DNA from: an uncultured bacterium
GTDB lineage: Bacteria; Bipolaricaulota; Bipolaricaulia; UBA7950; UBA9294
Reading direction: 5' to 3'
Length of the DNA stretch: 64,000 nt
Assembly (NCBI GenBank): GCA_965370555.1
Contig: CBDUVB010000004.1
Span: 15,269 to 79,268 of the forward strand
Shown: positions 8,938-17,916 of the stretch, one piece after another
Numbering within the stretch: position 1 is the stretch's first letter
How the letters are laid out: each line of letters opens with the position of its first letter
Translations under genes and position numbers: made by a program
Notes under the pieces: generated by a model
What the model was told of the DNA's origin: nothing
Database searches by the model: none
The model's input: only the letters and a program-made list of their open reading frames with translations

Positions 8938-8968
8938 CCTTGTGGTCTTGCCACAGGGTTTCCTTATT
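8938..8968 (+). terminator. Hairpin (ccttgtgg-tcttg-ccacaggg) plus T-rich tail, likely terminator of the DUF5320 gene; member of a repeated hairpin family
   Basis: 8-bp stem including one G-U pair, 5-nt loop, followed by tttccttatt. Starts 10 nt after the stop codon. A near-identical ~38-nt element lies inverted at 24271-24308. Confidence 0.55.
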
Positions 8969-9042
8969 CGGACGTGCTCCCGCTTTTCACGCGAAAAAGC
9001 GGGGACACGATCGTTATTTTCCCTCTATCGCTTAATGGGGTG

Positions 9043-9399
9043 CTAACTACCGCACCCGCACCCACCACCCGAGGAGGGTGTGGAATCTCCGGGGTCCTTC
9101 ACGCGGTAGCTGATGCTCGTGGTGGTGTTCGCCCCACGGCTATCGGTGACGGTGAGGGAGATCGTGTACGTTTCAACTGCCGTAAAGATGAACCGAACGG
9201 TTACAGCTTCTGAAGTCGACAGCCCTCCAAGATCTCATTTATAACGGATGATCTCCCTATCCGAATCGCGGGAAGTGACTCCGAGGAAGGTCATTTCCTG
9301 TCCGACTATCCCCGAGGAAGGGACGACACGGATAGCAGCGATCCTCGCTACGAAAGCAGCCACCTCTGTAACGGTATGAGGGAATCTTATATTCAGGCT
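9043..9399 (-). pseudogene. PKD-domain gene remnant with an in-frame TGA where the conserved Trp is expected
   Basis: Manual translation gives ...VAAFVARIAAIRVVPSSGIVGQEMTFLGVTSRDSDREIIRYK*DLGGLSTSEAVTVRFIFTAVETYTISLTVTDSRGANTTTSISYRVKD. This fits the PKD consensus (x-Y-x-W-DFGDG ... Y-T-V-x-L-T-V-T-D). The stop (complement of 9235-9237) sits at the W position. No credible start codon or signal peptide upstream. Confidence 0.5.
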
Positions 9400-9426
9400 C
9401 TATCCAGCTTTTGCAAGCTATGCCGC

Positions 9427-10671
9427 TCAAGGGGACGGATGATGCGATCCTCTCTTCTCTGGAAACTCCCCTGCCTTCTGCAGGGCGAGCTTGGAAGTTA
9501 GCGGTCCGATCAGTTCGTGGATGACCGTGGCCCCGATTATCACACTCACCAGGATGTCGCTCACCGGGGCAAGGGCGGGGTTCTGCTTCATGACAAGTGC
9601 GAGCCCGATGACGATCCCACCTTGCGGTAGGAGTCCCCAGCCGGTGTAGCGACGCACCGCATCTGAAGAGTGGGCGAGGGTGGCTCCGGCATATGCTCCT
9701 CCGAGCTTCCCCACTGTTCGGAAGGCAACAAATACCAGGACTAACGGTAGGAACCGCAGCAGAATCTGGAAATCGAGGTACATCCCGCTGATGGTGAAGA
9801 AGAGGACGAAGACGAGTGGTTCAAAGTAGTCCTCGATCACCCGGAAGATTCTGTCGCGTTCGCGCCCGAAGTTGACCACGGTGACCCCCACGCTCATCGT
9901 GGCGAGGAGCTGATCGAGATCGAGGAAACTGGCGATCCCGTAGCATAGCGTGAGGACGGCAAGGATGAGAACGATGAACAGTCCTTCCGATTCCGACCGG
10001 ATGAGATGGGAGACAAAATGGAATGTCAGGCCGAAGAATATGCCGAGGAGGATCGAATAAGCAATCCCAAGGAGGGGAGAGGTGAGTGACGAAGCGTGCA
10101 AAGCAGAGTGGCTCATGAAGATCGTTGCCAGCGCCACCGCGACGCTGAAGTTGATGATCCCGAGGGCATCATCGAGGGCGGCGACACCCATGATGCTGAA
10201 CGAGACCGGGCCCTTTGCCTTGTACTGGTGGATGACGGCGAGTGTCGCCGAGGGGTCGGTCGGCGAGGCGAGTGCCCCGAGGAGGAGAGCGAATGGGACG
10301 TACGTGGCGAGGAAACTGGGTCCTTCGAGGTGGATGATGAACGGGAGGGTGGCCAGGGTTCCCAGGGTGACGGCGAGCGCGGCAAGCTGTGCCTCTCCAA
10401 GGGCGATGAACGCGATCCCCTTCCCCAGCTCGCGTAAGGGAGCCAGAGCGAGCGTCCCTCCAACAGAGAAGGTGAGGATCGCAAGGGCGATGTTCGTGAT
10501 CGGTTCGGTCGCCTCGACGAACGGTATGGGAATGATGTGAAAGACCGCTGGATTTAGGAGGACGCCAGCAAGGATATAGCCGGTGACGCGTGGGAAGCCC
10601 AGCTTCTCGACCAGCTCCCCGAGGGTGAATCCTCCAGCAAGCAAGATCCCAAGAATGAGCAATGTGTTCAT
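9427..10671 (-). CDS. Cation:proton antiporter (CPA2/Kef-type Na+/H+ exchanger family)
   Basis: Polytopic membrane protein. The N-terminus LLAGGFTLGELVEKLGFPRVTGYILAGVLLNP is typical of the Na_H_Exchanger family. Confidence 0.9.
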   Translation of the reverse strand: MNTLLILGILLAGGFTLGELVEKLGFPRVTGYILAGVLLNPAVFHIIPIPFVEATEPITNIALAILTFSVGGTLALAPLRELGKGIAFIALGEAQLAALAVTLGTLATLPFIIHLEGPSFLATYVPFALLLGALASPTDPSATLAVIHQYKAKGPVSFSIMGVAALDDALGIINFSVAVALATIFMSHSALHASSLTSPLLGIAYSILLGIFFGLTFHFVSHLIRSESEGLFIVLILAVLTLCYGIASFLDLDQLLATMSVGVTVVNFGRERDRIFRVIEDYFEPLVFVLFFTISGMYLDFQILLRFLPLVLVFVAFRTVGKLGGAYAGATLAHSSDAVRRYTGWGLLPQGGIVIGLALVMKQNPALAPVSDILVSVIIGATVIHELIGPLTSKLALQKAGEFPEKRGSHHPSP

Positions 10672-10909
10672 GTTCTTCCTTCATTACTGGGACGGGTAGC
10701 AATCCGTTCCATTTGAGATCGCTTGAGTGTAAGGCCTTTCAAGGGTCTTGGCAACAGGTGCTTCGGCACACGTGTCTTGACACAGGTGCCTCGGCAGCAG
10801 GGATCGCATCGCACATGATAGATTTGACATAGCATCCATCTCATGATATCCTGAAGGTTAAGCCGCGAAAAGCGCGGTAAAAATTAAAAAGGCTCTAAAA
10901 GGAGGGCTA

Positions 10910-11824
10910 ATGTCCAAGAAAACACTGGGTACGTTCGTATCGGTTATGGGGGTCTTGCTTCTCATAAGCGTTCTCTCATGGTCACAGACGATCGTGATCA
11001 ACGAGGTGGCGTGGGCCGGGACCGCAGCGAACTCTGCTGATGAATGGATCGAGCTTTATAATTCTTCGGAGGAAGCGGTCGACCTCACCGGGTGGACGCT
11101 CACCTTCGGAAAGTTCACGATCGACCTTGGTGCCGGGTTGGAGACGCTCCTCGAACCGGGTGTGTACTTCCTGCTCGAACGGACCGACGATACGACGGTC
11201 TCCGATATCGATGCCGACCTGATCTACACAGGGGGACTCATCAACGATGGAATGCTGATCGAACTCCTCGATCCGATGGGAGAGGTAGTCGACACGGCTA
11301 ACGCAGGACAGGAGACTGAATGGGCGGGCGGAAGTGATAAGAGCGGTGATCTGCCGTATGCCACGATGGAGCGGATCGATCCGCTGGCAGCGGATACCCC
11401 GGACAACTGGCGCTCGAATGAAGGTACACTCACCTGTGGACACGATGTGGAAGGGAACACACTGAACGGAACACCGAAGGCAAAGAATGCGGCAACGATT
11501 GTCTTTGAGACGGTTCCTGTTGTGGCAGTGCTCTCTCCGGTAGAGGATGGAGAGGTGGTAAGCGGGACTTTCATCATCACCTGGACGGCGACTGATCCCG
11601 ATGGTCCTTCAGATCAGCTACTGCTGATCGATATCCTGCTCTCTGCGGACGGTGGTGAGAGCTGGGAAATGATCGTAGAGGGGCTGGTCGGGGGTTCCTA
11701 CGCCTGGGACACGACCACGCTTCCTAACGGGGATACATACCAATTGAAGGTGATCGCAATGGATACCGGTGGGAACGTCGGTGAAGGAATCAGCCCCCTC
11801 TTCTCTATTGCGAACCCGGGTTAA
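10910..11824 (+). CDS. Secreted lamin-tail-domain (LTD) protein with C-terminal Ig/Fn3-like domain
   Basis: Signal peptide, then IVINEVAWAGTAANSADEWIELYNSSEEAVDLTGWTL (LTD signature). C-terminal beta-rich segment (TWTATDPDG...YQLKVIAMDTGGN). Confidence 0.8.
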   Translation: MSKKTLGTFVSVMGVLLLISVLSWSQTIVINEVAWAGTAANSADEWIELYNSSEEAVDLTGWTLTFGKFTIDLGAGLETLLEPGVYFLLERTDDTTVSDIDADLIYTGGLINDGMLIELLDPMGEVVDTANAGQETEWAGGSDKSGDLPYATMERIDPLAADTPDNWRSNEGTLTCGHDVEGNTLNGTPKAKNAATIVFETVPVVAVLSPVEDGEVVSGTFIITWTATDPDGPSDQLLLIDILLSADGGESWEMIVEGLVGGSYAWDTTTLPNGDTYQLKVIAMDTGGNVGEGISPLFSIANPG

Positions 11825-12705
11825 GGGTGCGGGGAGATAGCGACACCACATAGCCGCTTGATCTCGTCCATGTGAGCGAGGGCCTCTTCCTTCCCGGCTT
11901 GCACGGCCTCGGGGAGGTGTTCGAAGGCGAGCATCGTGATCCATTCGACATCAGGATGGAGGAGGAGGAAACGTCCGTCGAGGCGGTCCCGCGCTTGCGC
12001 GAGTTGAAGGGCGGTGAGGTGCTGCGACGTGATTCGTTGAGATTGGAATAAGACATCCAGGCTGGTCTTCACGCTTCGCGTCAACGGAGCGCTGGTGTCT
12101 ACTGCGATAAGGATCTCAGCCCCGAGGTCGATCGCTACGTTCGCCGGGATCTTATCGATCACCCCTCCATCGATTAGGTAACGGCCCTCGTGGAGGATGG
12201 GGGAGAAGATCCCCGGGACCGCAGCGCTCGCTGCCATCGCCAGATAGAGTTTCCCCTCGGTCAGAACAGCCCGCTCCCCGCTCTCCAGGTCGGCCGCCAC
12301 CGTGGCGAACGGGATCTGGAGGTCGGAGAAACTCTTGTTGGCAGTCAACAGGGAGAAGAACTGGCACATGCGGGCAAGGTTCTCCGGGGCGGTCCCATCC
12401 TGGCGCCAGCTTGCACCACGCACATACTCAACCATCCCCCGTCCGATGGCGCGTTGCACCTCACGCAACGTGCTATCCGAGACCTGTAACAGACTGTTCA
12501 GGTCCAGGCAGTTGAGGATACGTTCTAACTTGCGAAGGTCCATCCCGAGCGCCTTGACCGCGCCCATCCCGGCTCCCATGCTCGTCCCGGTGATAATGTC
12601 GATCGGGATCCCGTTCTCTTCCAGGGCGAGGAGGACCCCCAGGTGAGCAAAGCCGCGTGCGCCACCTCCACCAAGAGCGATACCGACCTTTCGCTGTTTG
12701 AACAA
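11821..12705 (-). CDS. Patatin-like phospholipase
   Basis: GGGGARG oxyanion motif, GTSMG nucleophile elbow and DGG motif. TTG start with aaggggggg 6 nt upstream. Confidence 0.9.
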   Translation of the reverse strand: MFKQRKVGIALGGGGARGFAHLGVLLALEENGIPIDIITGTSMGAGMGAVKALGMDLRKLERILNCLDLNSLLQVSDSTLREVQRAIGRGMVEYVRGASWRQDGTAPENLARMCQFFSLLTANKSFSDLQIPFATVAADLESGERAVLTEGKLYLAMAASAAVPGIFSPILHEGRYLIDGGVIDKIPANVAIDLGAEILIAVDTSAPLTRSVKTSLDVLFQSQRITSQHLTALQLAQARDRLDGRFLLLHPDVEWITMLAFEHLPEAVQAGKEEALAHMDEIKRLCGVAISPHP

Positions 12706-12767
12706 ATAAAACCCCCCTTTGCTCGATCATAGTCGGGCAAAGGGGGTGAAACAAGGTCTGTTCTTAT

Positions 12768-14387
12768 CTAGTAAGGCATGCCACCCGGCATCTGTGGCAT
12801 CGCCGGTGTCTCGTCTTTCTCCTTCACCTCGGCGACGAGCGCGTCTGTGGTGAGGAGCATCCCCGAGATGGAGATCGCGTTCTGCAGAGCGGCACGGGTG
12901 ACCTTCATCGGGTCGACGATCCCGGCATCGAACATGTCGCGGTAGCTCTCGGAGATGACATCGAACCCAACCCCGGGCTTCTCCGCCTTGACGCGTTCGA
13001 CCACGATCGCTCCCTCGAACCCGGCGTTGTTGGCCAGCTGTCGCAGGGGGGCCTCCAGCGCCTTGCGGAGGATGTTGAGTCCGACTGCTTCGTCGTTCTT
13101 GAGTTTCAGGCTGTCGAGTGAGCTGGCTCCGTTCACCAGGGCCACGCCCCCTCCGGGGAGGATCCCCTCGTCGACGGCCGCCTTGGTCGCTTCGAGCGCG
13201 TCCTCCATCCGATGTTTCTTCTCGGAGAGCTCGGTCTCGGTCGGTGCACCGACCTTGATTACGGCGACTCCGCCGGCGAGCTTCGCCTTGCGCTCCTCCA
13301 ACTTCTCACGATCGTAGTCGGAGTCGGTCGTGTCGATCTGGGCCTCGATCTGCTCGATCCGTCCCTTGATCGCCTCGGTCGAACCGCCTCCCCCGACGAG
13401 GGTCGTGTTGTCGCTGTCCACCTTCACCCGCTCGGCGTGTCCGAGTATATCAAGGGTGGTGTCTTTGAGCTGCATCCCTGCATCCTCGGCGATCACACTC
13501 CCACCGGTGAGGACCGCGAGGTCTTCGAGCATCGCCTTGCGTCGATCCCCAAACCCAGGGGCCTTAACGGCGCAACTGGTGAGCGTTCCCTTCAACTTGT
13601 TGAGGACTAGGGTCGTCAACGCCTCGCCGGTGACGTCCTTGGCAATAATGAGGATCGGTTTACCGCTCTGGGCTACCTTCTCCAGGAGAGGGACGAGGTC
13701 GGCCGCGTTCTTCAGCTCCTGATCGGTGATCAGGATGTGCGGGTTCTCCATCATGACTTCCATCTTCTTGGGATCGGTCACGAAGTACGGTGAGATGTAC
13801 TCGCGGTCGAACTGCATCCCCTCGACGACCTCGTAGTAGGTCTGGATCGTGTCGGAATCCTCGACCGTGATCACTCCGTCCTCACCAACTGCTTCCATCG
13901 CATCGGCAATGATCGCGCCGATCGCCTCATCGTTGGCGGAGATCGTCGCCACCTGGGCCGTCTCCTCCTTGGTCTTGAGGGCGCGGCTCTGCTTGCCCAG
14001 CGACTCGACGAGCTTCTCCGACCCCTTCTCCAGCCCTCGCTTCAACTCCATCGGGTTCGCCCCGGCAGCGAGGTTCTTGAACCCCTCTTCGATCATAGCA
14101 TGGGCAAGGATCGTCGCGGTGGTCGTCCCATCGCCAGCGATGTCGTTCGTCTTGGAGGCGACCTCCTTGACGAGCTGGGCGCCCATGTTCTCGAACGAAT
14201 CCTTGTACTCCTGCTCCTGCGCGATCGTCACCCCATCATTGGTGATGTCCGGGCTGCCGAACTTCTTGTCGATGATCACGTTGCGACCGCGGGGCCCGAG
14301 CGTAATACGAACAGCATCCGCCAGCTTGTCGATTCCCGCCTTCATGTGGCGACGGGCTTCCTCACCGAAAATGACTTCTTTGGCCAT
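12768..14387 (-). CDS. groL: Chaperonin GroEL (Cpn60)
   Basis: [15 protein letters not shown]...[12 protein letters not shown]...; methionine/glycine-rich C-terminal tail (PGGMPY). Confidence 0.98.
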   Translation of the reverse strand: MAKEVIFGEEARRHMKAGIDKLADAVRITLGPRGRNVIIDKKFGSPDITNDGVTIAQEQEYKDSFENMGAQLVKEVASKTNDIAGDGTTTATILAHAMIEEGFKNLAAGANPMELKRGLEKGSEKLVESLGKQSRALKTKEETAQVATISANDEAIGAIIADAMEAVGEDGVITVEDSDTIQTYYEVVEGMQFDREYISPYFVTDPKKMEVMMENPHILITDQELKNAADLVPLLEKVAQSGKPILIIAKDVTGEALTTLVLNKLKGTLTSCAVKAPGFGDRRKAMLEDLAVLTGGSVIAEDAGMQLKDTTLDILGHAERVKVDSDNTTLVGGGGSTEAIKGRIEQIEAQIDTTDSDYDREKLEERKAKLAGGVAVIKVGAPTETELSEKKHRMEDALEATKAAVDEGILPGGGVALVNGASSLDSLKLKNDEAVGLNILRKALEAPLRQLANNAGFEGAIVVERVKAEKPGVGFDVISESYRDMFDAGIVDPMKVTRAALQNAISISGMLLTTDALVAEVKEKDETPAMPQMPGGMPY

Positions 14388-14410
14388 AGCAAAATCCCCC
14401 TTATCCTTAA

Positions 14411-14680
14411 TTACTCGATGATCGCTAGTACGTCAGTCTCTTTGACCAGGAGGAGTTTATCTCCCTCCACTTCGATCTCGGTGCCGGCGAAACTGGAGAC
14501 GAGGATCTCGTTTCCCTTTTTCACCGTGAACTTCTCATCGGTTCCTACGGCGAGCACCTTCGCCCGTACCACCTTATCGTTCTTCGCGCTCTCCGGGAGG
14601 ACGATCCCTCCTGAAGTTGTCCGACTCTCTTCCTCGATCTTCTTCGCCAGGATCCTTTTGCCCAATGGCTTGATCTTCAT
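14411..14680 (-). CDS. groS: Co-chaperonin GroES (Cpn10)
   Basis: [33 protein letters not shown]...; lies immediately upstream of groL. Confidence 0.97.
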   Translation of the reverse strand: MKIKPLGKRILAKKIEEESRTTSGGIVLPESAKNDKVVRAKVLAVGTDEKFTVKKGNEILVSSFAGTEIEVEGDKLLLVKETDVLAIIE

Positions 14681-14707
14681 TGTCCTATCTCCCTCCTTAC
14701 GTTATTT

Positions 14708-14734
14708 TTAGCACTCTCATGTGCGGCTTGCTAA
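14708..14734. promoter_or_regulatory. CIRCE-like HrcA operator (TTAGCACTC-N9-GCTTGCTAA)
   Basis: The left arm matches the CIRCE consensus TTAGCACTC-N9-GAGTGCTAA perfectly. The right arm matches 7 of 9 positions. It lies 28 nt upstream of the groES start. Confidence 0.75.
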
Positions 14735-14737
14735 AGT

Positions 14738-14766
14738 ATTCTAACCGGTACCCCCTTCCTCGTCAA
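14738..14766 (-). promoter_or_regulatory. Sigma70-like promoter of groES-groEL (TTGACG-17 nt-TAGAAT)
   Basis: Reverse complement of 14761-14766 is ttgacg and of 14738-14743 is tagaat. CIRCE lies directly downstream, as in classical HrcA-controlled operons. Confidence 0.5.
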
Positions 14767-14809
14767 GGCGAAGGTTGCTCCACCGTGATAATGGCGCTAC
14801 CGTCTGGGT

Positions 14810-15277
14810 ATGCCATCCGGGCGGACGCACTTGAAAATCGAGATGATCGGGCTTCTGATAGGCGCCATTGCCGTTGCCGTTCTCGTTGTGGAGGGGAGGA
14901 TCGACGCCTGGCTCGGAGGGATCTTCCTCAGTGCCTACCTCTTTTCGAGCCTCTTCCTGAGCCCCGATCTCGATCTCCACAACAGCCGGGCGACGAGACG
15001 TTGGGGGATCGCTCGTGCCTTGTGGCTCCCCTACTCATGGGTCTTCCGCCATCGTGCCGTCTCGCACCACCTCTTATTCGGCCCATTGACGCGGATCGCC
15101 TATCTGGGGGGGATTCTCCTTCTCATCCTATGGGGGATTGGTTCTCTTACAGGGAGATCCCTACGCCCGGCACTCCCACCGTGGCCGCTCTTCCTCGCGG
15201 CCCTCTGCGGGCTCTACCTGCCCAATCAGATACACATCGTCGTCGATCGATTGGTATCGTTCCGTTGGCACCGCTAG
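14810..15277 (+). CDS. DUF2227-like membrane metal-binding protein
   Basis: The MPSGRTH N-terminus is characteristic of COG2389/DUF2227, as I recall. Several TM helices and an SHHLLFGPLT motif. Preferred over the overlapping Arg/Pro-rich ORF 14680..15309. Confidence 0.6.
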   Translation: MPSGRTHLKIEMIGLLIGAIAVAVLVVEGRIDAWLGGIFLSAYLFSSLFLSPDLDLHNSRATRRWGIARALWLPYSWVFRHRAVSHHLLFGPLTRIAYLGGILLLILWGIGSLTGRSLRPALPPWPLFLAALCGLYLPNQIHIVVDRLVSFRWHR

Positions 15278-15308
15278 GATGTTGTGAGGCATTCCCCCTC
15301 CCTCTATA

Positions 15309-15692
15309 ATGGGAAGTATGAAGGAATGGACCCTCTATTTGATATCGGTCGTCGCGCTCCTCGGATTGGTTCTCCTCTATCAGGTGGCAGGCCCCTACTA
15401 TGAAGTAGGGATCGCCTCCTGGTATGGACCGGGGTTCGATGGAAACTACACTGCAAACGGCGAAGTCTACGACATGAACGGGATCAGCGCAGCTCACAAG
15501 ACTCTCCCCTTCGGCACAATTGTCAGGGTGGTCGAGTTTTCGACGGGGAAGAGCATAATAGTGCGCATCAATGACCGAGGCCCGTTCATCGAAGGGCGGA
15601 TCATCGACCTCTCCAAGGGAGCGGCGAGGGAGTTGGGGATCATCGATAAGGGGATCACCAAGGTAGGATTGCGGATCATCCGCTGGCCCTAA
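15309..15692 (+). CDS. rlpA: RlpA-like septal ring lytic transglycosylase (DPBB domain) with N-terminal anchor
   Basis: GIASWYGPGFDGNYTANGEVYDMNGISAAHKTLPFGTIVRV...VRINDRGPF is the RlpA/DPBB_1 signature. Confidence 0.85.
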   Translation: MGSMKEWTLYLISVVALLGLVLLYQVAGPYYEVGIASWYGPGFDGNYTANGEVYDMNGISAAHKTLPFGTIVRVVEFSTGKSIIVRINDRGPFIEGRIIDLSKGAARELGIIDKGITKVGLRIIRWP

Positions 15693-16040
15693 AGGCCATT
15701 AACTCCGCGCCTCTTAGGCTCTTCGCTGTGTCGAGTGGGTCACGGTTTCCAACTTTAGTCATTCAGTGACCCGACAAGGACATTTCTTTCTCTCGCCAAG
15801 ACACCAGGATCACCGGTCTTCGTCCAGCCCTACCTCTACTTGTCTTCCGCTCTTCTTTGCGCCTTTGCGAGATACAGTCTTTTTTCTCTCGCCCGTTCGC
15901 TACACTCACTCAAGACGCAAAGGTGTCGCGACACCAAGATCGCCAAGGGATAGTGGTTTTCACTCTTCGTGTCTCCGTGTCCCCGAGTCTCCCCTTCCTG
16001 CTCTTCGGCGAGAGACTCATCTCGTGAATCGTTCTCTGGG

Positions 16041-16244
16041 TTACCTTAGCCGTGAGGAACCACAACAAAAATGCCCTAATGCCCCAAAATCACCGAAACT
16101 AACGATCAGAAAGGGGTGATGAAAGAGAACCTCCAGGAGGTGGAGTAGCAGTATGGCTTTTTCGAGCATCTCTGTGCGGAAACCAGTGGCCTCCGCATCG
16201 GAAAGCAGCCTTTCCTTCGAGATCCTCACAGCACTTCCTCCCAA
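16041..16244 (-). pseudogene. AbiEii-type nucleotidyltransferase toxin, N-terminal remnant only (67 codons)
   Basis: ISKERLLSDAEATGFRTEMLEKAILLLHLLEVLFHHPFL resembles the typical AbiEii N-terminus. The ORF overlaps the AbiEi stop by 19 nt, as in intact pairs. It terminates after about 67 aa, whereas intact toxins are roughly 250-300 aa. No NTase core motifs follow in any frame. Confidence 0.6.
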
Positions 16245-17071
16245 CTACGCTCCAGGATTGCCAGAGGAACTACTAGGTTCCACTCTGGGATCAGACGCCC
16301 TGATCCTCTGGTGGTGCGTATCATATAGTGTGGACTCCGTGGCCGATGGGCGCGTAAAGCCGCCAGGTGATCATCCTCGACCACGAACCTATCCCGATGT
16401 TCCTCCAAGAAAAATCCGACCTTGCCGACAGTAGTTGCATTCTCCAGGAGCAGAGCGTACTTCACAACCGCATCCAAATCGAAGAACTCCACTGCCTCTA
16501 GCGATCGCCATATCTCTTCCCATCCTCCCCCCAGCTCCGGTCGGTCGAGGACATCCACCAGTGTCCGTTCCAGGCTGGTGACCCGAACGGGCACTCCGAG
16601 CCGCTCATGTATCTCTACGCTGAAAAATCCCTTCCCCTTCTCCTGAAGCTGCTTAGGCAATCGGACACCACGGAACTCATTCGCGCGGAACGTAGCAGCA
16701 CGCGTTGCACGCCTAGTCAGGTAGAGGTACAGACTACTAGAGGAGTAAGCCTTGCCATAGAATTGCAAGGCAGTATGGTACCCAAGCACTGCATCATCGG
16801 CCATCTTAGCTGCTAGCAGGTAGGGGTCAACTTGGCAAGATGCTGGATTAGAACCTGCTGGGACTATCACGTACAATCCACGACGCGCCCGCAACAAACG
16901 CCCCTTCTTCGTATGATATCGAAGGAGCGACTCCGTCGTTCTTTTACTACCAGGCCTCTGTAGCTGGAGAAATGCTGCGAACTCGCTTGTAGAAAAGACT
17001 GGATTTCTCTCGAAGAACCCATGAACGTCCACTTTACTCACCTTCTTGACATCAAGTAGCACAACCCGCAA
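16226..17071 (-). CDS. Type IV toxin-antitoxin system AbiEi-family antitoxin
   Basis: N-terminal wHTH-like region (VFSTSEFAAF...SLLRYHTKKGRLLRARRGLY). C-terminal domain has LGYHTALQFYG and ERTLVDVLDRPELGGGWEE, typical of AbiEi. The start codon is uncertain (TTG at 17071, with alternative GTGs downstream). Confidence 0.8.
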   Translation of the reverse strand: MRVVLLDVKKVSKVDVHGFFERNPVFSTSEFAAFLQLQRPGSKRTTESLLRYHTKKGRLLRARRGLYVIVPAGSNPASCQVDPYLLAAKMADDAVLGYHTALQFYGKAYSSSSLYLYLTRRATRAATFRANEFRGVRLPKQLQEKGKGFFSVEIHERLGVPVRVTSLERTLVDVLDRPELGGGWEEIWRSLEAVEFFDLDAVVKYALLLENATTVGKVGFFLEEHRDRFVVEDDHLAALRAHRPRSPHYMIRTTRGSGRLIPEWNLVVPLAILERSWEEVL

Positions 17072-17637
17072 GATTGTTACGTATTGTGCTGGCCTTTGTC
17101 AAGTAAACGGGGCCACGTTCTGTCACCGCGTTGGCAGATTGACTAATCGCAGTGGACAGCAATGCGCGTATTCCGATTGACCCGAACCGAGCAGAAGAGT
17201 TTGTCCCACCATGGGTGCGTCGCCCCGTGATTTGCCACAAAGTTCAAACCGATGAGTTAAGCATTAGGTCCCCGTAATTCCAGAATGAAGAACCGTGGGG
17301 GCGGCGTAAAAAACACCAAGAATAAAGACCTGACACCGGCGCCCTTGCCTGGTGCTGGAAAGGGTTTTTGTGTATCCATATTCCCCCTTATCACTCACCC
17401 TCCCGGCGCTCTAGCAAAGCTGGGCCGGGAAGATAGTAGGCTCCGCACCGCTCCCCTTTTAGTTGAAGATAGCCTTCATCTACAAGTCGTTTAAGTTCGT
17501 TTTTTGCCGCGTTGTGGATCACAAGACCAGGCAGTAGGATCGGCCAGGTACTTGACATCCTCGAGGCAGCTTCTATAATGAACTTGACCTCTACTTATAG
17601 TTTGGGTCCTACAAAGGCTTCGACCGCTGGGCCAATA

Positions 17638-17886
17638 CTAACCAGCGGTCAAACACTTCAGCCTACACTCCCAATGGTTACCACCTTGGTCCTGAGCGGA
17701 TCTTTTGGACCGCGGGTTGATCCATGGCAGAGAAAGGCAGAAACACCAAAAATAAAGATCAGGCCCCAATTCTCCTGCATCTTTCAGGGCCCCTGACACC
17801 TCAGGTCTAAAGCGAAATGCCATCACTACCACCAAGATCCCTGCAAGCACAAACACTACTGACAGAATCACCTGTACAAACATCAC
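17638..17886 (-). CDS. Hypothetical small protein with one N-terminal TM helix (tentative)
   Basis: MMFVQVILSVVFVLAGILVVVMAF then a polar tail. Starts 30 nt downstream of the 413-aa ORF on the same strand. No clear RBS. Confidence 0.3.
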   Translation of the reverse strand: MMFVQVILSVVFVLAGILVVVMAFRFRPEVSGALKDAGELGPDLYFWCFCLSLPWINPRSKRSAQDQGGNHWECRLKCLTAG

Positions 17887-17916
17887 GAAGTCCCCAACAT
17901 CGAAACCGAAACCCGT

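Noticed and set aside
9235-9237. TGA read as Trp (genetic code 4/25-type recoding), suggested by TGA at the conserved PKD tryptophan
   Set aside because: Many well-supported genes in the window terminate at TGA at the expected protein ends (iorA, iorB, ACD, the CoA-transferase-GNAT fusion), and none of the long conserved proteins needs TGA read-through. A single TGG-to-TGA nonsense mutation in a fragmentary gene is simpler.
10741-10800. Direct repeat aggtgcttcggca / aggtgcctcggca upstream of the LTD gene as an operator
   Set aside because: There are only two short imperfect copies, with no partner regulator and no recurrence elsewhere in the window. It may be chance in GC-rich sequence.
12955-14711. 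Plus-strand ORFs of 120-203 aa antisense to groEL/groES (12955.., 13212.., 13330.., 13849.., 14100..)
   Set aside because: They lie entirely inside the unambiguous groL/groS reading frames. They have Ser/Ala/Arg/Pro-rich composition typical of antisense frames in GC-rich genes, and no RBS.
14680-15309. 209-aa ORF overlapping the DUF2227-like gene in another frame
   Set aside because: Arg/Pro/Cys-rich with no membrane or domain signature. The alternative frame (14810..15277) gives a coherent multi-TM protein with the MPSGRTH N-terminus.
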